A program made the position numbers and the translations under genes. The notes below the pieces were generated by a model. The model saw only the letters and a program-made list of their open reading frames with translations, was not told the DNA's origin and ran no database searches. From the NCBI GenBank assembly GCA_963755715.1, contig CAVWLW010000043.1, positions 1 through 64,000 of the forward strand: a DNA stretch of 64,000 bases, written 5' to 3'. Positions 50,050 to 60,442 of this stretch are shown here, piece after piece; the first letter of the stretch is position 1; each line of letters opens with the position of its first letter. The stretch is from an uncultured delta proteobacterium. GTDB taxonomy: Bacteria > Desulfobacterota > Binatia > UBA9968.

Positions 50050-51036
50050 ATGGCAAACCCGTTGGCGAGCATCTTTGCGCTACTGTTCATCCTATTCAGC
50101 GCGGTGAGTGTTTCAGCTCAAGATCGCGTGCGCGTCGGATGGGCGGCGATGACCGCATCGCACACGCCGCTCTGGGTGGCGCAAGACAGAGGCTTCTTGG
50201 CTAAACAAGGGTTGGCCGTCGAGTCGATTTTTTTTGGCGCCGGTCCGCCGGCGATGCAGGCGCTGGTGGCGGGCGATCTCGATATCGTCGTTACGTCCGC
50301 GCCTAACGTCGTCAATCCGCGTCTCGGCGGCGTTGATGCGGTGATGATCCTGTCGATCATCCCGACGTTTATCGACCATATCGTCAGTGCGGCGAACATC
50401 ACGACCACCGAGCAGTTGCGCGGCAAGATCGGCTCGGTCAATCGTTTCGGCAGCATCTCGGAGATGGGGTTGCGGCTTTCGCTGCGGCGACTGGGCATCG
50501 ATCCGGAAAAGGACGTGACGATCGTGCCCGCGGGCGGGAATCCCGAGCGGCTCGCGTCTATTTCTCGAGGGATTTCTCAGTTTACGATCATGAGTGAACC
50601 GTTTGTCAGAGAGGCCGAAAAGCTTGGACTGCGCAATCTAGTCAGCATGGCCAATTTGAAAATCCCGCTCCATGGCAACGGTGTGGTGACGCGGGAGGCG
50701 ATCATCAAGAACAAAAGGCCGATGGTCGCAAAATTTGTCCGCGGCATCACCGAAGCTATTTACTTTATCAAGAACGATAAGGAATCGACCAAGGCAATTA
50801 TCGGCAAGTATACTCGATTCACCGACCCGGAAGGCCTGGAGCGCACTTATAGAAATCACGTGGGTGTTTTGTTGGACGTGCCGTACGCCGATCCGGTCGG
50901 CATCAAGACTCTGCTGGATGATATGGCTCCGCGCAATCCCAAAGCAGCGGCAGCGGATCCGAAGGCATTTGTCGACGCCAGCTTCGTTCATGAGATGGAA
51001 ACCAGCGGGTTCCTCAAGCAGCTGCAAAAACGGTAG
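50050..51036 (+). CDS. ABC-type substrate-binding protein, NMT1/SsuA-like
   Basis: PLWVAQDRGFLAKQGL, QALVAGDLD motifs; signal peptide. Confidence 0.88.
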   Translation: MANPLASIFALLFILFSAVSVSAQDRVRVGWAAMTASHTPLWVAQDRGFLAKQGLAVESIFFGAGPPAMQALVAGDLDIVVTSAPNVVNPRLGGVDAVMILSIIPTFIDHIVSAANITTTEQLRGKIGSVNRFGSISEMGLRLSLRRLGIDPEKDVTIVPAGGNPERLASISRGISQFTIMSEPFVREAEKLGLRNLVSMANLKIPLHGNGVVTREAIIKNKRPMVAKFVRGITEAIYFIKNDKESTKAIIGKYTRFTDPEGLERTYRNHVGVLLDVPYADPVGIKTLLDDMAPRNPKAAAADPKAFVDASFVHEMETSGFLKQLQKR

Positions 51037-51038
51037 GA

Positions 51039-51065
51039 AGGCAATAGGCATCAGGCAATAGGCAA
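51039..51065 (+). repeat. 27-bp heptamer-based direct repeat, copy 1
   Basis: AGGCAATAGGCATCAGGCAATAGGCAA, identical at 53923-53949. Confidence 0.8.
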
Positions 51066-51153
51066 CTGTAGGATAAAGGCAAAAGTAAAAAGGTGAAATA
51101 AGAGACGAAATTCTAAAGCGGCAATAAACGTTCTTAGCCACGGAGGTCGCGAT

Positions 51154-52149
51154 ATGATCGCGCGAGTCGTTCGTCGATGCTGTTCGTTAGTGATCGCTTT
51201 TTTGTGTATCAGCTCCCCCGCGGTGGCCGCCGAGAAACTTGTCGGCCTTCAATCCGCGCCTAGCATCGCCATGGCCGTGCCATGGTTCGCCGAGGTAGCG
51301 CGGCTTTATCCGAAATACGATCTCGACTTTCAACTGGTTTATATCGCCTCGTCGGGCATCGTCACTGCCGCGATGAGCGGCGGCAACGGCAGTGTGGCGA
51401 TCGTCGGCGGCGAAGGACCGATCCGCGCGTTCCTGAGCGGCAATACCGATTTCGTTTTCATCGGTTCGGTGAAGAACGTTCTTACTCACAGCATCATGGG
51501 CAAGGGCGACATCAGGCGTCCCGAGGATTTGAGAGGCAAGCGCATCGGCGTCGGTCGCATCGGCGGCAACTCGCACTATTTCACCCAATTGGCGATGCGC
51601 CAAAAGGGTCTTGATCCGCTCAAGGATGCCAACTTGATTCAAACCGGCGGCGCGCCGGAAACTTTTTTGGCGCTTGCGACGGGCGCCGTCGACGCGGCCT
51701 CGATAACGACGCCGCAGGACACGCGCGCGGCGTTTCAGGGCTTCAACTACGTCATCGACGGCCGTGAGATCAAGCCGCCGTACGTCGCCACCGGGTTTGT
51801 TACGCTGCGCTCGGTCATCGCTAAACGGCCGAAGGTGATCAGCCAGTTCATGCACATGATGGCCGAGTCTTACAAAATCATGGTCACCGACCGCGAGTTG
51901 GCGTTTCGACTGATGGCCAAAAAAATTGGTCTCACCGACCGAAAAGTTTTCGACGCAGCTTACACGGCAGAATTGAAAGTGCTGGAGCCGCGATTGGACA
52001 TCAAACCAATCGCAATCCAAGCAACTCTCGACGAGATTGCCAAGACCGATCCACGTGCCAAGCAAGTAAAAGCGGAGCAGTTGATCGACCGGCGCTTTCT
52101 CGATGAGATGGAGAAGGACGGGACCTTTGAACGGCTTGGGATGCGGTGA
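51154..52149 (+). CDS. ABC-type substrate-binding protein, NMT1/SsuA-like
   Basis: DLRGKRIGVGRIGG; signal peptide; GGAGG RBS. Confidence 0.88.
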   Translation: MIARVVRRCCSLVIAFLCISSPAVAAEKLVGLQSAPSIAMAVPWFAEVARLYPKYDLDFQLVYIASSGIVTAAMSGGNGSVAIVGGEGPIRAFLSGNTDFVFIGSVKNVLTHSIMGKGDIRRPEDLRGKRIGVGRIGGNSHYFTQLAMRQKGLDPLKDANLIQTGGAPETFLALATGAVDAASITTPQDTRAAFQGFNYVIDGREIKPPYVATGFVTLRSVIAKRPKVISQFMHMMAESYKIMVTDRELAFRLMAKKIGLTDRKVFDAAYTAELKVLEPRLDIKPIAIQATLDEIAKTDPRAKQVKAEQLIDRRFLDEMEKDGTFERLGMR

Positions 52150-52219
52150 TTCGTTCTTATTTTCGATCGCTGACGGGCTCGACGTGACAAATCGACAAAA
52201 AAATTCCAAAGCGTATTTT

Positions 52220-52609
52220 CTAGGCGAACAAATAGGTGCGCAGAACATCACGCAGCATCGGCAATTGAAATGGTTTGTACAAAACCTCTACGGCCCCTGC
52301 ATTGAGCGCGCGGCTGATCCGCTCTTCAACGTTGCAGTCCATTGTCCAGCCGGTATTGATTACCACCGGTATGTTTCGGGTGGACATATTTTTTTTCAAT
52401 CGCGCCGTTACTTCATCGCCGTTCATGCCGGCCAAGCGTACGTCCATGATGATCAAATCGGGATGTAGGCTGGAAGCTTTCTCTATGGCATCGAGACCCG
52501 TAGCTGCTTCGAAGACTTCGTGGCCCAAACCTTTGATAAATGTTCGGATCGATTCTCGAAAGGCGTCATTGCTGTCGACGATCAGTATTTTCTTGGCTGT
52601 GTTCCACAT
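52220..52609 (-). CDS. orphan single-domain response regulator (paralog of 42359..42802)
   Basis: KKILIVDS, EAATGL, HPDLIIMD, IPVVINT, LYKP motifs. Start uncertain; ORF open to 52687. Confidence 0.8.
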   Translation of the reverse strand: MWNTAKKILIVDSNDAFRESIRTFIKGLGHEVFEAATGLDAIEKASSLHPDLIIMDVRLAGMNGDEVTARLKKNMSTRNIPVVINTGWTMDCNVEERISRALNAGAVEVLYKPFQLPMLRDVLRTYLFA

Positions 52610-52840
52610 ACAGCGGAGTAAACGCACAAAGGATGCCAGCCGGTACAAAAGGCGTCCTTTTGGTATTTTCGTTCCGGTATCGGCCATCGTGAGGTATTGC
52701 GCGGTAAAAGTTGGATAGAGGAACTCCGTCTGGAAAGTAGAAGTTTCCCGTAATCGGTTATTTTTACGACGTGTATTTGTCCAACGAATAGAAGATCGAG
52801 AACCGGTCCGTGTTCCCTATCGATCCTCCATCATCGACTG

Positions 52841-53851
52841 CTAATTGAGCTCCAATCCCACCACCTTCGCTGGATTCTTCGTACACACCGTGTAAAGCTC
52901 GTCCTGATTTAACCCGAACGCTTCCATGTAGCCGCGCACCAGGCGCATGGCTTCGACCGAGTCGGGGAAAAGTGGTTCGCCGGCATCACTGGACAACGTG
53001 AAATGCTCGGGGCCGACTTCGCGGATCGTGTTGTACATGATCTGCGGATCGACGCCGAGGAGCGGCGACAGTTCGTCCCACGTGAAGTTGAACAGAATTC
53101 CTACAGGTGCCAGCTCCTTCATCATTTTCGGCGAGAGGTTCAAGAACGGGCTATAGGGGTGATCGATGACGGCGCGCTTGAGGCCGACCTTGTCGACTTC
53201 TTCGGCAAGCTTATAAATTTCCGAATGGGTCGCATGGCCGAAAAAAAGCGCGACGTTGCGGTCGGCGCAGAGGTGCACGATGTCGCGGATTTCTGGCTTC
53301 AATTTGCCGTTCTCGTCGAGATCATAGTGGCCGACCTGCATGGCCTCATCCCAAGGAATTGGTCCCGTCCATCCAGGCGTGTTGCGGCTTTGAACGAAAT
53401 GTCCGTAGGTGCCGACCGTGCTCATGGTAATCACGTGGGTGAAGACGGGCAGCCAGACTGCGGCGATGCCGCGATCGATCATCTCGCTTACCGTCTTGGC
53501 CGAGATCGGCGCCATTTGCCGGCCGCACACGTAGCTTGACCAGCAGGTGATCGGAGTGACGCCTTCTTTTTCCGCCCAGCGATTGACATCGTCCTGGACG
53601 TCTTGCGTGGCTTTAACCGGATCGTCACCCGGTATGCTCTTGAAAAGCAGCCCTTTCATTTCCGCCAGCGAGGCGCGGCGCGCGAGATCGTAGGGATCTT
53701 GCTGGCCCTCGTGAGTATGGCAATGGATGTCGATGGCGTCTTTGACTTTGATATGCGGCGGATGCACGACGCCGGGTTTGTATTGCGTGCGCGCTGCGTA
53801 GGAGGTGACGCACCGTTCGTGCGTCGGGGTAGAAACGATATTTTGGGCCAT
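52841..53851 (-). CDS. DUF6282-like amidohydrolase-fold protein
   Basis: AIDIHCH, KS, VWLP, GH, IDHP, LSSDAG metal-dependent hydrolase pattern; AAGGA RBS before ATG 53851. Confidence 0.7.
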   Translation of the reverse strand: MAQNIVSTPTHERCVTSYAARTQYKPGVVHPPHIKVKDAIDIHCHTHEGQQDPYDLARRASLAEMKGLLFKSIPGDDPVKATQDVQDDVNRWAEKEGVTPITCWSSYVCGRQMAPISAKTVSEMIDRGIAAVWLPVFTHVITMSTVGTYGHFVQSRNTPGWTGPIPWDEAMQVGHYDLDENGKLKPEIRDIVHLCADRNVALFFGHATHSEIYKLAEEVDKVGLKRAVIDHPYSPFLNLSPKMMKELAPVGILFNFTWDELSPLLGVDPQIMYNTIREVGPEHFTLSSDAGEPLFPDSVEAMRLVRGYMEAFGLNQDELYTVCTKNPAKVVGLELN

Positions 53852-53922
53852 GGCTTCCTTCTCCTTTGCCTGATGAAGGAATGTTGCTACAGACTTGGTG
53901 AGTTTGTCAAAGTGTTTAAGGG

Positions 53923-53949
53923 AGGCAATAGGCATCAGGCAATAGGCAA
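53923..53949 (+). repeat. 27-bp heptamer-based direct repeat, copy 2
   Basis: Identical to 51039-51065. Confidence 0.8.
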
Positions 53950-54071
53950 ATAGTTTCGGAGGCGGAAGGAAACGGAGATAATTCTTGTTGGTTTTTATCG
54001 GCGCGTTGTGTAAGAACGGTTCGGTTGTTTTGGCTATCTCTGAACTTTCTCTCTTCACGGAGGACGACGTC

Positions 54072-55085
54072 ATGAAGGCAAACAGCTTCTTTCCACGTTC
54101 GTTGGCGCCCGGTCTTGTGCTCGCGTCGATTTTACTCCTGCCGGGCGCGCCCGCTTTTGCGGCGGATAAAATCAATTTGATCTACACAGCGCGAGTCATG
54201 TCTCAAGCGTATCCGTGGATGGCTCAGGATCTCGGGCTCTTTAAAAAATATGATCTAGACGTTCCCGTGGTTTTCGTGACGCCGGGTGCGCCGTCGGTGG
54301 CGGCCATTCTGTCGGGGGACAGCGAGATCGCGGTGATCGGCGCGGCGAGCATTACGCGCCCCTGGGTGCAGGGAAACAAAGACCCGGTTTTTGTTGGTGA
54401 AATAAAAAGTCTGCTCACTCATAGCATCATTGCAAAACCGGATATCAAGCGGCCCGAACAGTTGAAGGGCAAGAGAATCGGCGTGTCGCGCATCGGCAGC
54501 AACCCGCATTATTTCGCCGTGCAGGCGCTGCGCCATTTCGGCATCGAATCGCGCGAGGTGAGCTATATTCAGGCCGGCGGCGCGCCCGAAACATTGGCTG
54601 CGTTAGTCGCGCAAGGGATCGACGCGGCGGTTTTGACCGTGCCGACCGATGCGCAGGCGCTCAAGCTCGGTTATCACTACGTCGTCTACGGTCCCGATTT
54701 GAAAATCGCCTACGCCGCCACGACGCTCATCACGCGCCGGTCGATCATCGCCAAGCGGGGCCCGGTCATTGGCCGCTTCATGCGCGCCATGGCGGAAACC
54801 GCCAAGATCATGCACACGGACAAAGATCTCACCTTCAAGATCCTGGGAAAGTATCTACGCATCGACGACCGAACATTGCTCGACGCGAGCTACAATGTCG
54901 AAATCAAAGCGCTCGAGCCGAGACTTGCTCTCAAACACGAGGGAATCCAGTCGACGCTCGACGAGATCGCGCCCACCGAGCCGCGCGCCAAGACCGTCAA
55001 GCCGCAGGAGATGATCGATACGCGCTATCTCGATGAGATGGAGAAGAGCGGGTTTTTCGATCAGATCTGGGGTGGGAAGAAGTGA
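54072..55085 (+). CDS. ABC-type substrate-binding protein (paralog of 51154..52149)
   Basis: LTHSII.K.DI.RPE.L.GKRIGV.RIG.N.HYF and GGAPET shared with 51154..52149. Confidence 0.88.
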   Translation: MKANSFFPRSLAPGLVLASILLLPGAPAFAADKINLIYTARVMSQAYPWMAQDLGLFKKYDLDVPVVFVTPGAPSVAAILSGDSEIAVIGAASITRPWVQGNKDPVFVGEIKSLLTHSIIAKPDIKRPEQLKGKRIGVSRIGSNPHYFAVQALRHFGIESREVSYIQAGGAPETLAALVAQGIDAAVLTVPTDAQALKLGYHYVVYGPDLKIAYAATTLITRRSIIAKRGPVIGRFMRAMAETAKIMHTDKDLTFKILGKYLRIDDRTLLDASYNVEIKALEPRLALKHEGIQSTLDEIAPTEPRAKTVKPQEMIDTRYLDEMEKSGFFDQIWGGKK

Positions 55086-55171
55086 AAGGCTTGAGGCGAC
55101 AGGCAAGTCAAAAAAAATGGCAGCGCATGTTGTCATGCGCTGCCATACATATTCACTGTATCCGTTGCTCG

Positions 55172-56128
55172 CTAAGCTTGTTGCACCGCTGAAAGCTTCC
55201 ATGTGTTCGGCCCAACCGGGCGGGTGAACGTCCAATACTCTTCGAACTTGATCGGATCGGAGTTGCTGCCGCTGACGACGTCGCCGGTCTTGGTATCGAC
55301 GGTGTAGTCGAGAAGGTTAGCGTGCAGGCGGACGGTGATAAAATCCGCGCCGTTTTCCGTCCACGCTTCACTGACCTCGCTTTCCTGCAGGGCGATATTC
55401 TCCATCCGATTTTGCTGCCCCCGTGCCCGTTGTTGGCTTAATTCCTGTTGCCAGTTTTGCATCAACTCCGTGCCGCATAGCGAGCTCAGTACGGTGGTAT
55501 CTTGCTTATTCCACGCGCCTTGGACTCTGAAGAAGAGGTCCTGCGCCGTTTTGAGGAAGCGATCGGGATCGAAGCTTCGGTCCATCAACATGAGCGAGCG
55601 ATAATCGATATCGTTATTAGCCACCGGCGCTTCCTGGCTCGTCGTATATTGCGTATAGGGTTGGCTATTTTGATACTGCATCGTGCCGAAGCCTGACGCG
55701 ACCGCGGGGCTGCGGAACTTGCGGTAGAGGAAATAAGCCAAACCGCCGAGCAATAGAACCTCCATCATGCCGAATCCGCTGCCGCCAAGTCCCCCGAGAC
55801 CACCGGCATTCGCGATCCCTGAGAAAAGCATCGAGCCAAGGAATCCGCCCAAGACTGCCGTGCCCAGGCCGCGCATGAACCCGCCGGGCTGAGGCGCGAG
55901 CGGGCCGGGTTGTTGCGGTGATGGAGCAGCCTCTCTTCGGGTCTGCGAGGGGCTGGTTGGCTGCGTCGGCCGAGCCGGCGATTGATAACTTCTGGAGCCG
56001 CGAAAACCGCCTGATGTGCCGCCGCCGGCGCGCGCTTCGGCGTAATTCTCCAAAACGATTTGCGAGAGCCCGACGACGGCGAAAAGGCCCAACGCCAGGA
56101 GCATAATTATACGTTTCGAAACCACCAT
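55172..56128 (-). CDS. Tim44 domain-containing protein
   Basis: AEARAGGG..G.RGSRS N-terminus, Gly-rich TM region, FDPDRFL..VQGAW, EEYWTFTRP..WKLSAVQQ. Confidence 0.9.
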   Translation of the reverse strand: MVVSKRIIMLLALGLFAVVGLSQIVLENYAEARAGGGTSGGFRGSRSYQSPARPTQPTSPSQTRREAAPSPQQPGPLAPQPGGFMRGLGTAVLGGFLGSMLFSGIANAGGLGGLGGSGFGMMEVLLLGGLAYFLYRKFRSPAVASGFGTMQYQNSQPYTQYTTSQEAPVANNDIDYRSLMLMDRSFDPDRFLKTAQDLFFRVQGAWNKQDTTVLSSLCGTELMQNWQQELSQQRARGQQNRMENIALQESEVSEAWTENGADFITVRLHANLLDYTVDTKTGDVVSGSNSDPIKFEEYWTFTRPVGPNTWKLSAVQQA

Positions 56129-56300
56129 AGGATTGTCCTCCTTAAGTTAAAGCGAAGTCTATGCGCACGAAAGCTAATGTCAAGACTAGGCTCAGATCAT
56201 CCAACTGCGATGGAATGGTTTGACGGCGAGCCGCGATTTTTCGTATGAAGAGACTTCTCGGTCCAATCGGTCAGGGATTTCATAAGAAAAGGGGACCGCT

Positions 56301-57317
56301 ATGACGTACGGATCACGGCACGCCTTTTGGTTCGCCGTATTGACGCTGAGCTGGTTTCAATCGGCGCCGACATTCGCCCAAACCAAGATCAACATTGGCG
56401 TCGCGGCGATGAGCCCGCGGACGATTCCTTTGTTGATTGCACAAGAACAGGGTCTTTTCGCTAAACAAGGTATTGAAGCGCGCATCGTCTTGATCAAAGG
56501 CGCGCCCATACTCGTCGCCAGTCTCATCTCTGGTGACCTCGAGGTCGGTTACACCGGCGGCACCTCGGTGCTCGGCGCGGCGGCGCAGGGGCCGTACCTA
56601 AAAATTCTCTCCTCGATCTCCAGCAAGCTCACGCATACGATGCTCGCTAATCCGAGTCTCAAGACCGTCGAGCAACTGCGCGGCAAGCGCTTCGGCATCC
56701 AGAGCATGGGCGGCACCACCTGGATGCACACCATCCTGGGCCTTGAATATGTCGGCCTCGACGTCAAACGGGACAATATTAACATACTGATGATCGGCGA
56801 CTCGGTGCTGATCGGCCAGGCGCTGGAGGCCGGCCGGGTGGATGCTGCGGTGCTCGATGGCGTGCTGGCGCGGCGGCTGATCAATAAAGGTTTCTCGGTC
56901 ATCGTCGATCTCACGCCCGCCAATATTCCCATGGTCAATCAGGCCGTGGTCGTCGCGCCCGATTTCGTGCAAAAGCGACCGGAGCTCGCCGAAAAGATTC
57001 TCATGGTACTGGTGGATAGCCTGGCGTTTACGCTTGCGCCGATGAACAAAAGCGTCGTCGTCAAGACTATCATGCGCCGGCTCCAGATCGACGACCCAAA
57101 GATCGCCGAGGAAGGTTATCAGGATCTCATGACGAGCATCGAGCGCAAGCCGTTTCCTTCGCTCGAAGGTCTGCGCAATATCCGCCGTCTCATGGCGACG
57201 CAAAATCCTAAAGCCGCAAACGTCAAGGTCGAAGATCTGATCGATGCCCGGATCATCCGCAAGCTCGATGACAACGGTTATATGGATAAAGTCGCGGCGG
57301 GTTATGGGCTGAAGTAG
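56301..57317 (+). CDS. ABC-type substrate-binding protein, NMT1/SsuA-like
   Basis: IAQEQGLFAKQGIE, QLRGKRFGIQSMGG motifs; signal peptide. Confidence 0.88.
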   Translation: MTYGSRHAFWFAVLTLSWFQSAPTFAQTKINIGVAAMSPRTIPLLIAQEQGLFAKQGIEARIVLIKGAPILVASLISGDLEVGYTGGTSVLGAAAQGPYLKILSSISSKLTHTMLANPSLKTVEQLRGKRFGIQSMGGTTWMHTILGLEYVGLDVKRDNINILMIGDSVLIGQALEAGRVDAAVLDGVLARRLINKGFSVIVDLTPANIPMVNQAVVVAPDFVQKRPELAEKILMVLVDSLAFTLAPMNKSVVVKTIMRRLQIDDPKIAEEGYQDLMTSIERKPFPSLEGLRNIRRLMATQNPKAANVKVEDLIDARIIRKLDDNGYMDKVAAGYGLK

Positions 57318-57587
57318 ATAGCGGCCCCCGTCGAAATCAATTCGAGAGAGAGTCGTAAAATTTTCTCTAAGGCCACCCGTTTGTAGGCATCTGCTCCAAG
57401 ACTTGCCGCTTTCAAAGCCTTGTTAGCGACCGGAATTTCTTTTCCTTCGGGAGCGAATCGAGCGACCGCTGCAAGTGATTGACAACGATACCAAGCGTCA
57501 AAACGTTTTCCGCGAGGATTAATGCCTTGTCAAAATCAACACGAACGGCCTTTAATACTTTGGCGCGCTCGTCTGCCGCACTCATCG

Positions 57588-57959
57588 CTATCCACGCAAG
57601 CGGGACAACGCCATCCGCATTGGCAAGATTTCCCGGGTCAACGGATTGAGCATGAAACCGAGAGTTTCGAGCGTGACCGCTCCCAGCAACGCGCCGTCGT
57701 TCTCTTGACCTAACACGACTGGTGATGTGGCTGCTTCGCCGCGGATTTCAAATCGGCACTCGGAAACACCACGCTCGATCGGCGTGCCGTCTGCCAGCGT
57801 GAACTCCACCTCGCGCTCAGCTTTGAGCCGTAGGGCCCGCCAGATTTCCTCGGGAAGCACCGAATAGATTGCTCCCGAGTCGACGAGAAACCGCACGTTA
57901 CGGGCCGGTCCACGGCCGTCGGGCCGGCGTAATCGCGCTGGTACATAGGTGACACCCAT
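57588..57959 (-). CDS. clan AA (retropepsin-like) aspartic protease
   Basis: FLVDSGA, TLADG, LLGAVTLETLG..LNP motifs. Confidence 0.85.
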   Translation of the reverse strand: MGVTYVPARLRRPDGRGPARNVRFLVDSGAIYSVLPEEIWRALRLKAEREVEFTLADGTPIERGVSECRFEIRGEAATSPVVLGQENDGALLGAVTLETLGFMLNPLTREILPMRMALSRLRG

Positions 57960-58379
57960 GTTTTCAGCGTATAGTACGATCCTTTTGCGGTCAAATCACG
58001 GCGTAAAGGTGGTTCGAAGGTTGCTGTTGCTCCTGCAATGGGCGGCATTCAGGGCGGATCCGACGAAGTCGGCGTGAAACCTACTAAAGTCAGTCAGGAG
58101 AATATTTATCAGGCGAATATCCTTTCAAGGATCGTCAACCGTGCTCCTGCCCGTCCATTCTCTTCGTCGCGTTAGGTGAATCACGAAGCATCGATTGCGC
58201 CGGTTCCGGTTTGCTCAACGAGCGGGACGTAATCGTACTCGCCGACGCCCTGAAGCACGAGGAAGGTTGCGGAGTGATCCCCGCCGGGTCAGTGCATTAT
58301 CAATGAACCTGCCGACGAATCGGCTGATCGTCATCATCGCGCGGTCGAATTGTCGAAAGAGGTTTCTTTGGAAACTTGT

Positions 58380-60335
58380 TTACGGAATGATCGTGCCGGA
58401 TTCGGTGACAGCTCGGGGAACGTGCTCACGCCGACTCCATTCCCACGCGACGACGGCGGCGCCCAGCGCGAAGCCGACAAAGTCGGCGAGGAGAAGAACG
58501 TTGCTCGTCGAGGGCAGGAGCAGCAGGATCGCGGCTAGCCAGAGAAGTCCGCGTGTAATCCAGCTCAAGGGGCGGAATAAATAACCGGCGCAGCCGGCGC
58601 CGAGAAGAATCACGCCAACGACAGCGGTGACAACTGCGATAAGGATCTCTTTCAATGTGCCCATCAGAATCAGCGGTGGATGGAGCGCGAAAATAAACGG
58701 GACAATGTAAGCCGCGATGCCGAGGCGCATGGCGGTCCAGCCGGTTTGCCAGAAATTGGCCTGGGCCATGGACGCGGCGATATAAACCGGCAGGCAGTCG
58801 GGCGGGGTGATCAGAGAGACCATGCCGAAGTAGAATAGAAATAGATGAGCGGCGAGCGGCGGTATGCCTAGCTGCACGAGGGCCGGCGCGGCGAGCACCG
58901 CTAGCGTGATGTACACGACCGTCGTCGGCAGCGGCAATCCTAAGAATAAACATCCCAACGCGGTAATAATCAGCAGCAGGAAAACATTGTTGCCGGAGAG
59001 AGTCACGAGCAGAAGCGAGATTTTGAAGGTGAAACCGGAAAGATGAAGCGCGCCGATGACGATGCCCGCGAGCGCTGTGATGACGGCGATGTCGAGTATA
59101 ATTTTGCCGGTTTCTTCCAGCGCGGCGACGATTTTCTGGAAAGAGGGGCGGGTTTCTTTCTGCAGCGCGCCGACGACGAAGACGACGATCACCGCGACCA
59201 TTCCCGCTTTGCCGGCTTCCCAATTCTCGATCATGAGCGTGTAGACGAGGATCGACAGCGGAATCAGAAACACCCACCCCGATTTGATGATTTTGCGAAA
59301 TTTGGGAATCTGATCAGCGGGAAGTCCCGCTAAGCCACGCTTTGCGGCTTCCAAATCGATCTGCGTGAACAGCGCCAGATAGTACAGGCAAGCGGGAATC
59401 GCAGCGGCGAGCGCCACTTGGCCGTAAGGGATGGCGAGAAACTCCGCCATGAGAAACGCCGCGGCACCCATCACCGGCGGCATGATCTGTCCGCCGTTGG
59501 ACGCCACCGCTTCGATGGCCGCGGCCATGTGGGCGGGGAAGCCGGTGCGTTTCATCAGCGGAATGGTAATCGCGCCGTCGACCACGACGTTGGCGACGGC
59601 GCTGCCGGACACCGTGCCGAAAAGCGCGGAAGAAACGACCGAAACTTTCGCCGGACCGCCGCGATAGCGGCCGGTGGCGATGAGCGCGAGATCGGTAAGA
59701 AATTTATCGCCGCCGACGGCGTAAAGCGCTTGCCCGAACAAAATGAACGCGACGACGACGCCGGCGGCGACGTCGATGGGCAAACCCAACATTGCGTTGG
59801 AGTCGAGATAGAGATAGCTCGCGATGCGCGCCCACGAGGGGCTCTTAGAGTAGAAAATTCCCGGCAAAAACTCGGCGAATTTCGTGTACAGAATGACGCC
59901 GAGGGCGAGCCAAGCGAGCGTGCCGCCGGCAACGCGGCGCGTAGCTTCGATAACCAGGATGAGCGCGAGTCCGCCGAAGATCCAGCGGTCAGGCGAGAGC
60001 ACGCCGAGCCGGTACGCGATCGTTGGATATAAAATCGTGACGTAAAGTCCAATCGCCATCCCGCCGAGGGCGAGAAACCAATCGTACCACGGCACGTGAT
60101 CGCCGGATTGTTTCGGATACGTTTTGACCGCGAGAAAAACCGCGCAAAGCGACAACGCTAGAAAGAGCGCAAGATACTGCTGCTTGAAAAAGGTGATCTC
60201 GAAATAGTTATGAACTTCCAGCGCCCACAATGATCCCAGCACCGTGCTCGAGATCAACAAAGCGCGCAGCAGTTTTGCCGGCGCGCCCGTAAGCGTGCGA
60301 AAACGACCGGGAGAAGCGGCGAGTTCATCGCTCAT
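58380..60335 (-). CDS. TRAP transporter fused permease (4TM/12TM, TAXI-associated)
   Basis: RGGPAKVSV.SS..FGTVSGSAVANV, EAVASNGGQIMPPVMGAAAFLMAE, ITPP motifs. Confidence 0.93.
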   Translation of the reverse strand: MSDELAASPGRFRTLTGAPAKLLRALLISSTVLGSLWALEVHNYFEITFFKQQYLALFLALSLCAVFLAVKTYPKQSGDHVPWYDWFLALGGMAIGLYVTILYPTIAYRLGVLSPDRWIFGGLALILVIEATRRVAGGTLAWLALGVILYTKFAEFLPGIFYSKSPSWARIASYLYLDSNAMLGLPIDVAAGVVVAFILFGQALYAVGGDKFLTDLALIATGRYRGGPAKVSVVSSALFGTVSGSAVANVVVDGAITIPLMKRTGFPAHMAAAIEAVASNGGQIMPPVMGAAAFLMAEFLAIPYGQVALAAAIPACLYYLALFTQIDLEAAKRGLAGLPADQIPKFRKIIKSGWVFLIPLSILVYTLMIENWEAGKAGMVAVIVVFVVGALQKETRPSFQKIVAALEETGKIILDIAVITALAGIVIGALHLSGFTFKISLLLVTLSGNNVFLLLIITALGCLFLGLPLPTTVVYITLAVLAAPALVQLGIPPLAAHLFLFYFGMVSLITPPDCLPVYIAASMAQANFWQTGWTAMRLGIAAYIVPFIFALHPPLILMGTLKEILIAVVTAVVGVILLGAGCAGYLFRPLSWITRGLLWLAAILLLLPSTSNVLLLADFVGFALGAAVVAWEWSRREHVPRAVTESGTIIP

Positions 60336-60442
60336 GATTTTGAAGATCGGGTCAGTTCAAAACGTCAAGCCGTTCAAATCGTTCAAACCGTACTCGGAAA
60401 AATTCCGGGAGATTCGTATAGCCGCTCCGCACCGTTGCTCGC

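Noticed and set aside
53852-54175. N-terminal extension making 52841..54175 a 444-aa protein
   Set aside because: It runs through a repeat and overlaps the divergent SBP gene; a better RBS and start lie at 53851.
57960-58379. tRNA or other ncRNA in the intergenic gap
   Set aside because: No cloverleaf, T-loop in context or CCA end could be recognised.
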